DNA from: Candidatus Binatia bacterium
GTDB taxonomy: Bacteria > Desulfobacterota > Binatia > Bin18
Length of the DNA: 64,000 bases
Assembly: GCA_963664395.2 (NCBI GenBank)
Contig: OY761159.2
Location: 3,040,001-3,104,000 of the forward strand
Reading direction: 5' to 3'
Position numbers and translations under genes: made by a program. The number at the start of each line of letters is the position of its first letter. The stretch's first letter is position 1. The notes below the pieces were generated by a model, which was not told where the DNA came from, made no database searches, and worked only from the letters and a program-made list of their open reading frames with translations. Below, one piece after another: positions 1 to 9,068 of the stretch.

Positions 1-20
1 GACAGCAAACACTGTCACAA

Positions 21-131
21 TTACTGACCGAACGCCTCAACCAGTGTATGCATATCTTCCCCGGTGATTTGGCTCGTAGGGGGGGAGGCGACGATGGGCT
101 GCTGTACGCCGGCGTCGATAAAATGACCGAG
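21..131 (-). pseudogene. Orphan diverged copy of the last 36 codons + stop of the LLM oxidoreductase gene (717..1700)
   Basis: Translates to LGHFIDAGVQQPIVASPPTSQITGEDMHTLVEAFGQ*, versus LGHFIDAGVEQPIVAAPPTSQLTGEDLHTLVETFGQ* at 717..827. Hand count gives 15 mismatches in 111 nt. Confidence 0.92.
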
Positions 132-135
132 CCTT

Positions 136-208
136 GTAGGTCGGGTTAGCCGTAGGCGTAACCCGACGGCCCGTCCTTGTCGGATTACGCTCTGCTAATC
201 CGACCTAC
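136..208. repeat. Inverted pair of GTAG-family REP palindromes (BIME/REPIN-like)
   Basis: GTAGGTCGGGTTAGCCGTAGGCGTAACCCGAC on + (136-167) and GTAGGTCGGATTAGCAGAGCGTAATCCGAC on - (208-179). Each is GTAG followed by an imperfect hairpin. Confidence 0.8.
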
Positions 209-402
209 TCACTGATCTCGAATTGCATTTCTTTTGTATTGCCTACGACCCGTGAAGCCTGCATGATCTCAAAGCGGACGATTCCTCCATCGTAACCAAA
301 GTCGGCGATGACCCCGGGGCGAACCTCGTCACTTTCCTTGATGCGATCATCTCGGAGCGTAATGACCAAAGAGTCGGTCTCTTTGTCATAATTGACTCTC
401 AT
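205..402 (-). CDS. DUF2283 family protein, putative antitoxin
   Basis: 65 aa with the MRVNYDKETDSLVITL...GVIADFGYDGGIVRFEI pattern; overlaps the upstream gene by 4 nt (ATGA). Confidence 0.85.
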   Translation of the reverse strand: MRVNYDKETDSLVITLRDDRIKESDEVRPGVIADFGYDGGIVRFEIMQASRVVGNTKEMQFEISE

Positions 403-671
403 GAGGTATGTCCTTTCAGGTATCGTGTGATCTGGGACGTTTTATACACAGACACAACAACCCTCTCTCCTATTGTTTCCTCAACAATGACACGAAGCAA
501 CATCTCTTGCTGTAATACTTTATCGAAGTAAGGACGCATATAAATCGAACGAGGTATCTGGCCCGGCGTGATAACGGTAGGCTGATCCAATGCCTGATTG
601 ACTTCCTCTTGGTCAATTTCGCGATCGGTTAAATTTTGTAGCGCGTGGAGAGTCCAACGGATCGATTTCAT
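399..671 (-). CDS. DUF4258 family protein, putative RelE-fold toxin
   Basis: 90 aa, WTLHALQNLTDREI...LRVIVEE...VVVSVYKT; typical partner of DUF2283. Confidence 0.8.
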   Translation of the reverse strand: MKSIRWTLHALQNLTDREIDQEEVNQALDQPTVITPGQIPRSIYMRPYFDKVLQQEMLLRVIVEETIGERVVVSVYKTSQITRYLKGHTS

Positions 672-716
672 TTGCTCCCACTTTACTGCCCCGTAGCGCT
701 TCCCGGACCCTCCGCC

Positions 717-1700
717 TTACTGCCCAAACGTCTCAACCAGCGTATGCAGGTCTTCCCCGGTGAGTTGACTTGTTGGAGGGGCTGCGACGATGGGCTGCTC
801 CACGCCGGCGTCGATAAAATGACCGAGTTGAGTGCGGCAGTCTTCGGGCGGGCCGAACACAAATAACTCTTCGACCATGGAATCTGGAATAGCTTCTTCC
901 GCTCCCTTCCGATCTCCAGCCTGCCAGCGGGCATGCACTTCGTCCAGAATGTCGCTATATCCAAAACGGCGAAAGCCTTGGATATACGTGTTGGCCTGGC
1001 AGTAGCCAACCAACACATGCCGGAGTTGTTTGAGCGCCAGATCGCGGTCCTGTTTGACCAGCGTATGCACATAGCAGCCGATCTCAATATCGCTCAGACT
1101 GCGCCCGGCGCGTTCCGCCCCTTTGGCGATCTCGGCGAGTGAGTGCGGAATCTGCCGGGCGGGCAGCCAGGCCAGCAGCACGCCGTCGGCAATTTCTCCG
1201 GCTAACTGAAGCATGCGCGGATTCACGGCCGCCAGATAAATTGGCATTGGCTCGGAAAGTGCGATGCTGAGTCGAAACCCCTGGGGCTTATAGAACTGTC
1301 CGTCTTGCGTCACCCGCTCGCCAGCCAGCACACGGCGGACAATATCCACGTATTCGCGGGTGCGCGCCACCGGATGATCCCAGGCAATGCCGTGAAAAGT
1401 ATTGATGTTGCGGGTGCTCACCCCAATGCCCAGGCGTGCGCGACCGGGCGCAATCAAATCCATGCTAGCGGCCTGCATGGCGGTCAGGGTCGGCGGGCGG
1501 AGGTAGAGCGAGATGATGCCGGTGCCGACATGAATGCGCTGCGTGGAGGCCAGAAAGGCGGTGACCAGCGTACTCGTCTCCGTTCCCCAGGCCTCTCCAA
1601 ACCACAGACTCTCAAAGCCGCGTTCCTCTGCCTTGAGCGCAACTTCTTTATAGACTTCAAAATGGTGCCCGGTTGGCGGTAGGCCGAGTCCTATGCGCAT
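717..1700 (-). CDS. LLM class flavin/F420-dependent oxidoreductase
   Basis: AEERGFESLWFGE, GRARLGIGVS, PIYLAA, AGEIADGV motifs; RBS AAGGAG. Confidence 0.9.
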   Translation of the reverse strand: MRIGLGLPPTGHHFEVYKEVALKAEERGFESLWFGEAWGTETSTLVTAFLASTQRIHVGTGIISLYLRPPTLTAMQAASMDLIAPGRARLGIGVSTRNINTFHGIAWDHPVARTREYVDIVRRVLAGERVTQDGQFYKPQGFRLSIALSEPMPIYLAAVNPRMLQLAGEIADGVLLAWLPARQIPHSLAEIAKGAERAGRSLSDIEIGCYVHTLVKQDRDLALKQLRHVLVGYCQANTYIQGFRRFGYSDILDEVHARWQAGDRKGAEEAIPDSMVEELFVFGPPEDCRTQLGHFIDAGVEQPIVAAPPTSQLTGEDLHTLVETFGQ

Positions 1701-1728
1701 ATTGGTTTCTCCTTTTTCCCTGTCCGGT

Positions 1729-3771
1729 CTACTTGCTTTCGTATTTTTCTTCGTGTTCTTCGGCTAACGCCGTCCACTCCGTATACTGAGCGTCGAGTTG
1801 GTGTTTGACCTGCTCATACCGACTCGCCACCTCGCGGGCTTTTTCCTGATCCTGAAACGTCTTCTCATCGGCGAGGCGGCTTTCGAGCGTTTCTTTCTGG
1901 TCCTCCAGCGTGGCGATGTTTTGCTCAATCGCGGCAAGGCGTTTGGCCCGTTTTTGACGTTCGGCCCGGGTGGCCTTTTGCTGTTGGTAGGAGCGTTTCC
2001 CGCGTTCGGCTGCACGAATGGCTGCCAGCGTCCCTTCAATACCGTCGGCGTTTGCTGGAGCGGTTGCCTGCGGCACTGTCTTCTGAGTGGGGGCCTGTTC
2101 CTTGAGTGGCGACTGGCGTTCCCGTCGTTCTTTCCAGGCCAGAAACTCCTCAAACGTTCCGGGGTAGGCCGTGCAGCACCCGTCCTGGAGTTCTATTACT
2201 TTTGTCACGAGACCATTAAGAAAATAGCGATCATGCGACGCTACGACAAAAGTCCCGTCATACTGAAGCAGGGCTTCTTTTAAGATGTCTTTGGTCCGCA
2301 TATCGAGATGATTGGTCGGCTCATCAAGAACGAGCATATTCGAGGCCTGTAAGAGCATTCTGGCTAAGGCCAGCCGGCTCTTTTCTCCGCCGCTCAGTAC
2401 GGCGACCCGCTTCTCAACCATATCCCCGGAAAAGAGAAATGCGCCCAGCAGGGTGCGGAGCCGGGGGATAACGTCGGTTGCCGCTTCTCGGGCGATCTCT
2501 TCATAGACGGTGTTATTACCCTGTAAGTGCTCAGCCTGTTGCTGGGCATAGTAATCAAGAACGACCTGATGCCCGAGCTGGCGGCTGCCCGAGGTTGGCT
2601 CTTCAACCCCGGATAAGAGGCGACTGAGAGTGGACTTGCCGGCCCCGTTGACGCCGACCAAAGCGACCCGCTCGCCGCGTTCGATCACAAGGTTCAGATT
2701 CTCGAATACCTGTAGGTTGGCATAGCGTTTACTGATGCCCTGCAACTCAATCACGCGCCGTCCGCTCCGCGCTGCCCGAGGAAAATGAAAGCGCACGTCT
2801 TGGGGAATATTCTGGGGTGGATCAAGCTTGTGCATCTTCTCAAGCTGCTTGACCCGACTTTGGACCTGGGAGGCTTTCCGGGCGTTATAGCGAAACGTGT
2901 TGATAAAACGGGTAATGCGTCCAATCTCTTCCTGCTGAGCGCCATAGGCTTTTCGATACGCCTGCATGTGTTCTGCGAATATGCGCTCAAAAGCCGAGTA
3001 GTTACCCGTATATTCGGTCAGGGTGCAGCGGTGCAGGGCGACCACACGATTGACCATACGATCCAGAAAGGTCCGGTCGTGCGACACGATGACAATGCTG
3101 CCACGATAATTGCGCAGATACGACTCAAGCCACAGAAGCGAGTCGAGATCGAGGTGGTTCGTCGGCTCGTCCAGCAGCAAGACATCGGGTCGTTGGAGCA
3201 GGAGCTTGGCCAGCGCGATCCGCATTTGCCAGCCACCGCTGAAAGTCTCAGTGTGCGCCGTAAATTGCGCTTCGTGAAAGCCCAGACCGGTGAGGACTTT
3301 GGCGACTTGGGCATCGGCCTGAAACCCTCCGAGTTCTTCGAGGCGATGCTGGATGTCTCCGTAGCGTGCAATCAATTCTTCTTGCAGCTCCTCTTGCGGT
3401 TCTTCTTGGGACTCTTGCGTCGGCGGCTTGGCGGCCGTTCCGGCAGCGTTATCGAGCGTTGCTTGAATCGTAGCCAGTTCGTGTTGCAGCGCGGTCAGCT
3501 CCGGTAAGGCAGAGCGCGTTTCAGAGAAGAGATCGCGTCTGGACATTTCGATTCCTTCCTGGGGCAGATAGCCGATGCTGAGGTCTCGGCTGCGCTGGAA
3601 GGCGCCCTCATCGGGCTCAATTTGTCCGGTCAACAGGCGGAAGAGTGTCGTCTTGCCGGCGCCGTTGGGACCAACCAAACCCACCCGGTCGCCCATCCGA
3701 AGGTGCCAGTTCAGATTGCGAAACAGTTCCTGTCCGCCAAAGGCGAGCGATAAATTAATGAGTTGCAGCAT
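1729..3771 (-). CDS. ABC-F family ATP-binding protein (YheS/Uup-like)
   Basis: Two ABC domains (GPNGAGKTT, SGGWQMR, LLLDEPTNHLD; GVNGAGKST, LSGGEKSR), no TM segments, C-terminal coiled coil. ATG at 3771 preferred over TTG at 3783. Confidence 0.93.
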   Translation of the reverse strand: MLQLINLSLAFGGQELFRNLNWHLRMGDRVGLVGPNGAGKTTLFRLLTGQIEPDEGAFQRSRDLSIGYLPQEGIEMSRRDLFSETRSALPELTALQHELATIQATLDNAAGTAAKPPTQESQEEPQEELQEELIARYGDIQHRLEELGGFQADAQVAKVLTGLGFHEAQFTAHTETFSGGWQMRIALAKLLLQRPDVLLLDEPTNHLDLDSLLWLESYLRNYRGSIVIVSHDRTFLDRMVNRVVALHRCTLTEYTGNYSAFERIFAEHMQAYRKAYGAQQEEIGRITRFINTFRYNARKASQVQSRVKQLEKMHKLDPPQNIPQDVRFHFPRAARSGRRVIELQGISKRYANLQVFENLNLVIERGERVALVGVNGAGKSTLSRLLSGVEEPTSGSRQLGHQVVLDYYAQQQAEHLQGNNTVYEEIAREAATDVIPRLRTLLGAFLFSGDMVEKRVAVLSGGEKSRLALARMLLQASNMLVLDEPTNHLDMRTKDILKEALLQYDGTFVVASHDRYFLNGLVTKVIELQDGCCTAYPGTFEEFLAWKERRERQSPLKEQAPTQKTVPQATAPANADGIEGTLAAIRAAERGKRSYQQQKATRAERQKRAKRLAAIEQNIATLEDQKETLESRLADEKTFQDQEKAREVASRYEQVKHQLDAQYTEWTALAEEHEEKYESK

Positions 3772-4012
3772 ATATCCCGACAACGTTCAGGCCGCGCGTC
3801 TTTACTCGTGGTTCAGGGAACGAAGAGCGACGCTTCAGGCGGCAAGAAAAAATTTCTGTGTGGAACTTACAGCAGACGCGCGGCAGCGTATAGATTGCCG
3901 TGAGCGCAGCCTCTCCAGTCTTCTCGCGCATCACCTGCCGCGGCCAATTGCCCAACGACGATTGCTTCAAGCTTGGCGAGAGTGACTTGGTAATCCTCCG
4001 AGGTTCTTCATC

Positions 4013-5158
4013 TTATGAGACTGCCTTCTTCTCAAGCAAGAACAAGAACTCTCGGTTTGGTTGTTCCAGGTTTCTTACCCATTCATTTGTCCACTTCATA
4101 CCGGCCATAACGCTCTTCTTATAGTGAAGCTCAACGACATCCAGGAGTCTCCCGTTACTACGCATCACTTCGTTCAGCTCTTCGGCTGTTGCCCGCCCTC
4201 CGGAACTGTACGAGAGGATAATCCAGCGAGTTTGAGTCGCCTTGATAAGTTTCTCGATTGCTTCAACTGCAATGCGGCGCCCAGTGGCGTTGCAGCGGAA
4301 CTCCTCGAATACGGATGTGGCCACCGTATCCGACGTATCCGTGCGACGATTGGCCTTGCCGAAAAGCTCTGGTTTGTCGAAGAGACATACGCTTGTCCAG
4401 ATGTGGTAGTACGCGGCGTATCGTACTCGTGACGGCGGCATTTTCTCGTTGTTCGAGCCATACGGCGGGTCGAAATACGCCAGGTCAACGGACGCACGCG
4501 GGAGCAGGTCAAAGATGTCGCCTCGGTAGACCCGATGTTCGTGCGCTGACGCAAAGACGTGCGGCACCCGCAGCACCAGTTGCTTATAGGAGCGAGGAGA
4601 CCAGTCTTTGAGATACGAGGCAAAGTGTCCCAGGCTGCTGTCCACGCGATCGAGCGCCAGGATGAGGCTGGTCAGAGCTACGGCTTGCTCCACAGGATCA
4701 AGGGCGAGCGCTTCGATTTCCTGTCGGACCGCGTCTAGTTTGCGGGTAGTATGGAGTTGCCAGGGGGCTTTGCGTCCGTCGTGCCGTACGGCGCAGCCTC
4801 CGTTGGGGTGTCCGCCATAGTGCTCGGTGAACCAGCCATCAACCGGCGGAACTGCGTTGAGATGATCAATAAGCGGCTGGTATGCCTCCGGTTCTTTTGT
4901 GTTGAGCAGATAGCAGGTGCCAAAAACCTGAGACCACACGGCAATGTCATTACACACGACGCGACAGCCATGTTTGGCGAGCGCCTGCGACACCCTGGTC
5001 GTACCCGAGAATCCATCCAAAACTGTCTTCGCACCAACTTTCTTGACCAATTGCAGTATGTGGGGGATGAGCTTCAGCTTAGAACCGGCGTACTTGATAC
5101 CCTCTGTAGATGGGACGTCAAGTGCGAGATCGTCAAAGAGCGGAAGCGTTTGCAGCAT
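4013..5158 (-). CDS. DNA adenine methyltransferase, D12 class (Dam/FokI-like)
   Basis: KYAGSK, motif I VLDGFSGT, catalytic YFDPPY, ILSYS. Confidence 0.88.
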   Translation of the reverse strand: MLQTLPLFDDLALDVPSTEGIKYAGSKLKLIPHILQLVKKVGAKTVLDGFSGTTRVSQALAKHGCRVVCNDIAVWSQVFGTCYLLNTKEPEAYQPLIDHLNAVPPVDGWFTEHYGGHPNGGCAVRHDGRKAPWQLHTTRKLDAVRQEIEALALDPVEQAVALTSLILALDRVDSSLGHFASYLKDWSPRSYKQLVLRVPHVFASAHEHRVYRGDIFDLLPRASVDLAYFDPPYGSNNEKMPPSRVRYAAYYHIWTSVCLFDKPELFGKANRRTDTSDTVATSVFEEFRCNATGRRIAVEAIEKLIKATQTRWIILSYSSGGRATAEELNEVMRSNGRLLDVVELHYKKSVMAGMKWTNEWVRNLEQPNREFLFLLEKKAVS

Positions 5159-5215
5159 GTCTTTATCATGATCCAGGCGATATCGTGTGATGGATGGTGC
5201 GAGGAACGGTTGTAA

Positions 5216-6043
5216 TTATTCGTCTTCTTCCGGGGGTAATAACAGGGCTTCTCCCAGCGAACGGACCAACCAGCGATGCACATCCGCGACAAGGGTAGCC
5301 GCCTGCGGACCGGCCAGGAGCCAGTGACCTTGGTCCGGGTAGGTCAGGCTGGCTGTCTGCAGAGAGTCTGCGAGCCAACGCACAGCCGGAGAAGGCACCA
5401 TTGGGTCTTCCTGTCCCCAGACAACCAGGGCAGGACAGGGCAGGGGGACTGCCGGAAAATCGGTCTGGCCTCGGGTGAGGGTACGGACGACTTTGCCGGA
5501 GTCCGGCTCAAGCTGGGCGTGTAACCGGTCGTGCAGCGCTGCCGGAACCGTATGGAAAAGAAAATCGCGCGCAAGACGACGAGACGGGGGGGGATGGGCG
5601 CGATTCCAAAGGAGCGCCGGCAGGGCTGCGAGTCGAACCAGAGGGAGGGCAGGGCGCAGGTCAGGCTGCCAGTTGCAGGGCAGCAGGGGAGAGATGCACA
5701 CGAGGGCGCGGGGTTGTATACGGGCGGTGACCAGGAGCGCGAGGAGGCTGCCCAGATCAAAACTGATCACAATGGGCGCGCACCCGAGCGCAGCGCTGGC
5801 AGTGGTAATGGTAGTGAGATGATCTTCAAGGGAGGTGTGGCCACGCTGGCGGTATGGCTTCTGCTCATACAGGTCAAGCGCCCAGCATACCCAACCACGC
5901 TGAGAAAACCCCCACGCGACTTCATGCCATATCCAACTTCCCGTCCATAAACCGGGAAGCAAGAGAAGCGGGGCCGTAAATTTTTCGCGTTCCGGGAAGA
6001 TAGCCTCAGCGGTGTACGCGGCGAGTCGCTGTTTCATACGCAC
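5216..6043 (-). CDS. Alpha/beta fold hydrolase-like protein
   Basis: PLLLLPGLW, CPALVVWGQEDPMV and GHWL motifs. The nucleophile elbow reads SFDLG rather than GxSxG. Confidence 0.75.
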   Translation of the reverse strand: MRMKQRLAAYTAEAIFPEREKFTAPLLLLPGLWTGSWIWHEVAWGFSQRGWVCWALDLYEQKPYRQRGHTSLEDHLTTITTASAALGCAPIVISFDLGSLLALLVTARIQPRALVCISPLLPCNWQPDLRPALPLVRLAALPALLWNRAHPPPSRRLARDFLFHTVPAALHDRLHAQLEPDSGKVVRTLTRGQTDFPAVPLPCPALVVWGQEDPMVPSPAVRWLADSLQTASLTYPDQGHWLLAGPQAATLVADVHRWLVRSLGEALLLPPEEDE

Positions 6044-6072
6044 AAAAAAAAGGCCCGCTTGGGGCCTTTTTT
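6044..6072 (-). terminator. Intrinsic terminator after the histone-like gene (possibly bidirectional)
   Basis: A-tract, AGGCCC/GGGCCT hairpin, T-tract. Confidence 0.75.
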
Positions 6073-6105
6073 GGGGATCCTCCGCCTCGTGTATCGTTGT
6101 CGCGT

Positions 6106-6309
6106 TTAGCGCCGCCCCGCCGCTTTCTTCTTGGCCGCTTTCTTGGCTGGTGCCTTCTTGGCCGGTGCTTTCTTGGCTGGTGCCTTCTTGGCTGGTGCTT
6201 TCTTGGCCGGTGCTTTCTTGGCCGGTGCTTTCTTGGCTGGTGCTTTCTTGGCTGGTGCCTTGGCTGGTGCCTTCTTAGCCGCTTTCTTCACTGTCTTCTT
6301 AGCAGGCAT
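6106..6309 (-). CDS. Histone H1-like basic protein with KKAPA pentapeptide repeats
   Basis: 67 aa, almost only K/A/P. 15-bp tandem units vary at synonymous positions; strong RBS GGAGGT; own terminator. Confidence 0.8.
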   Translation of the reverse strand: MPAKKTVKKAAKKAPAKAPAKKAPAKKAPAKKAPAKKAPAKKAPAKKAPAKKAPAKKAAKKKAAGRR

Positions 6310-6442
6310 AGTGACCTCCTTCGTTGTGAGTGTGGGAACCCCTTAGTTCATGGGAACTGTCTCTGTGAGGCAGAGGGTCATTTTTATTATTCTTTATCAG
6401 ATCAGTGCCTCTGCTGCAACAAAAATACACAGGAACCGGATG

Positions 6443-7804
<1,362 letters not shown>

Positions 7805-7820
7805 TCAGTAGAATGCTCTT

Positions 7821-8150
7821 ATGGGGTGGATGGTGGTGCGGTGGATACGAGGGAGGCGGTTCTGGTTCCCAGCAGTTCTTGCGTTGTACGCCTTGCTCAC
7901 ATATGCGGCTGTGCAGAGCGCGCACGGTCCCCTGCATCTCTCCCAGCTGACCGAAGAGCAACGCGCATTGGAAACGCAAGTCCGGACGCTGCTGAGCGAG
8001 AATGCTGATCTCAAGGAACGAATTCGGCGTCTGCATACGGACGATGTCTTTTTGGAGAAAATTGCCCGCGAGGACCTTCTCTTGGTACGTGAACACGAGA
8101 TTGTCTATCGATTCCGTGATCCGGCAAAACCCCCGCAAAGCCCTCGTTAG
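7821..8150 (+). CDS. ftsB: Septum formation initiator FtsB/DivIC
   Basis: N-terminal TM helix, coiled coil, LEKIAREDLLLVREHEIVY motif. Confidence 0.82.
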   Translation: MGWMVVRWIRGRRFWFPAVLALYALLTYAAVQSAHGPLHLSQLTEEQRALETQVRTLLSENADLKERIRRLHTDDVFLEKIAREDLLLVREHEIVYRFRDPAKPPQSPR

Positions 8151-8168
8151 CCCAGTGAAAGAGTTGCC

Positions 8169-9047
8169 TCAAGAGGTGTCCTTGTCCATCGAACGCAGGC
8201 GCTCCTTCCCTTTCTTCGTACTCTTGCCGGGAGCGTGCCCACCGTGAGTCGAGCCGCTCAGTCCCCGTGCCATGTCTTCTACAATACCGCGCGCGGCCTG
8301 GCGGGGATCTGTGGCATCACGAATAGGTCTGCCAACAACCAGATAATTCGCTCCGGCCTGCATGGCCTGGTGTGGTGTCAGGATTCGTTTTTGATCATGG
8401 GTCGTGCTGCCCTGAGGCCGAACGCCTGGAATGACGAGGGTCAGTTTGTCTCCACAGGCGCGGCGGACTACGGCAATTTCTTGAGGAGAGGCAACCAGAC
8501 CGTCAACACCCGATTGCTGGGCAAGCCGGGCAAGCCGCACGACCTGAGCCGCCGGTCCGGCTCTGACCCCGATCTGCTTGAGGTCGTCTCGGCCCAGGCT
8601 AGTCAGCACGGTGACCGCGAGGAGGGTGGGGCGGGTGAGATGTTCTGCTCGGCACACTGTGCGGACCGCCTTGTGGGCCTGCCGCAACATGTCTGCGCCG
8701 CCGGAGGCGTGCAGGGTGAACATCTTCACCCCAAGACGGGTAGCTTCCACTGAAGCTGAAGCCGCTGTCTGTGGAATGTCATGGAATTTGAGGTCAAGAA
8801 AGACAGTGCCGCCTTTGGCTTGGATGCGGCGGACGACATCCGGCCCGGCGTGCACGAACAGTTGCTTGCCGACCTTGAACAGGCCGACCTCGTCTGCCAG
8901 CAGGGCAACGTAGTGATCAACTTCTTTCAGTGACGCAACATCAAGCGCAAAGATAAGTCGGCTGCGGGCGCGCGACCGGCCCGTTTTCCCGGCGCTACGC
9001 CGTCGTGCCTGCGCGTTGGTTGCCTGGTCGACGGGACGAGGAGCCAT
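8169..9047 (-). CDS. pyrF: Orotidine-5'-phosphate decarboxylase
   Basis: RLIFALD, VFLDLKFHDIPQT, AVTVLTS, PGVRP, VVGRPI. Confidence 0.96.
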   Translation of the reverse strand: MAPRPVDQATNAQARRRSAGKTGRSRARSRLIFALDVASLKEVDHYVALLADEVGLFKVGKQLFVHAGPDVVRRIQAKGGTVFLDLKFHDIPQTAASASVEATRLGVKMFTLHASGGADMLRQAHKAVRTVCRAEHLTRPTLLAVTVLTSLGRDDLKQIGVRAGPAAQVVRLARLAQQSGVDGLVASPQEIAVVRRACGDKLTLVIPGVRPQGSTTHDQKRILTPHQAMQAGANYLVVGRPIRDATDPRQAARGIVEDMARGLSGSTHGGHAPGKSTKKGKERLRSMDKDTS

Positions 9048-9068
9048 AATGGTGCACGCTCCCCGGAC

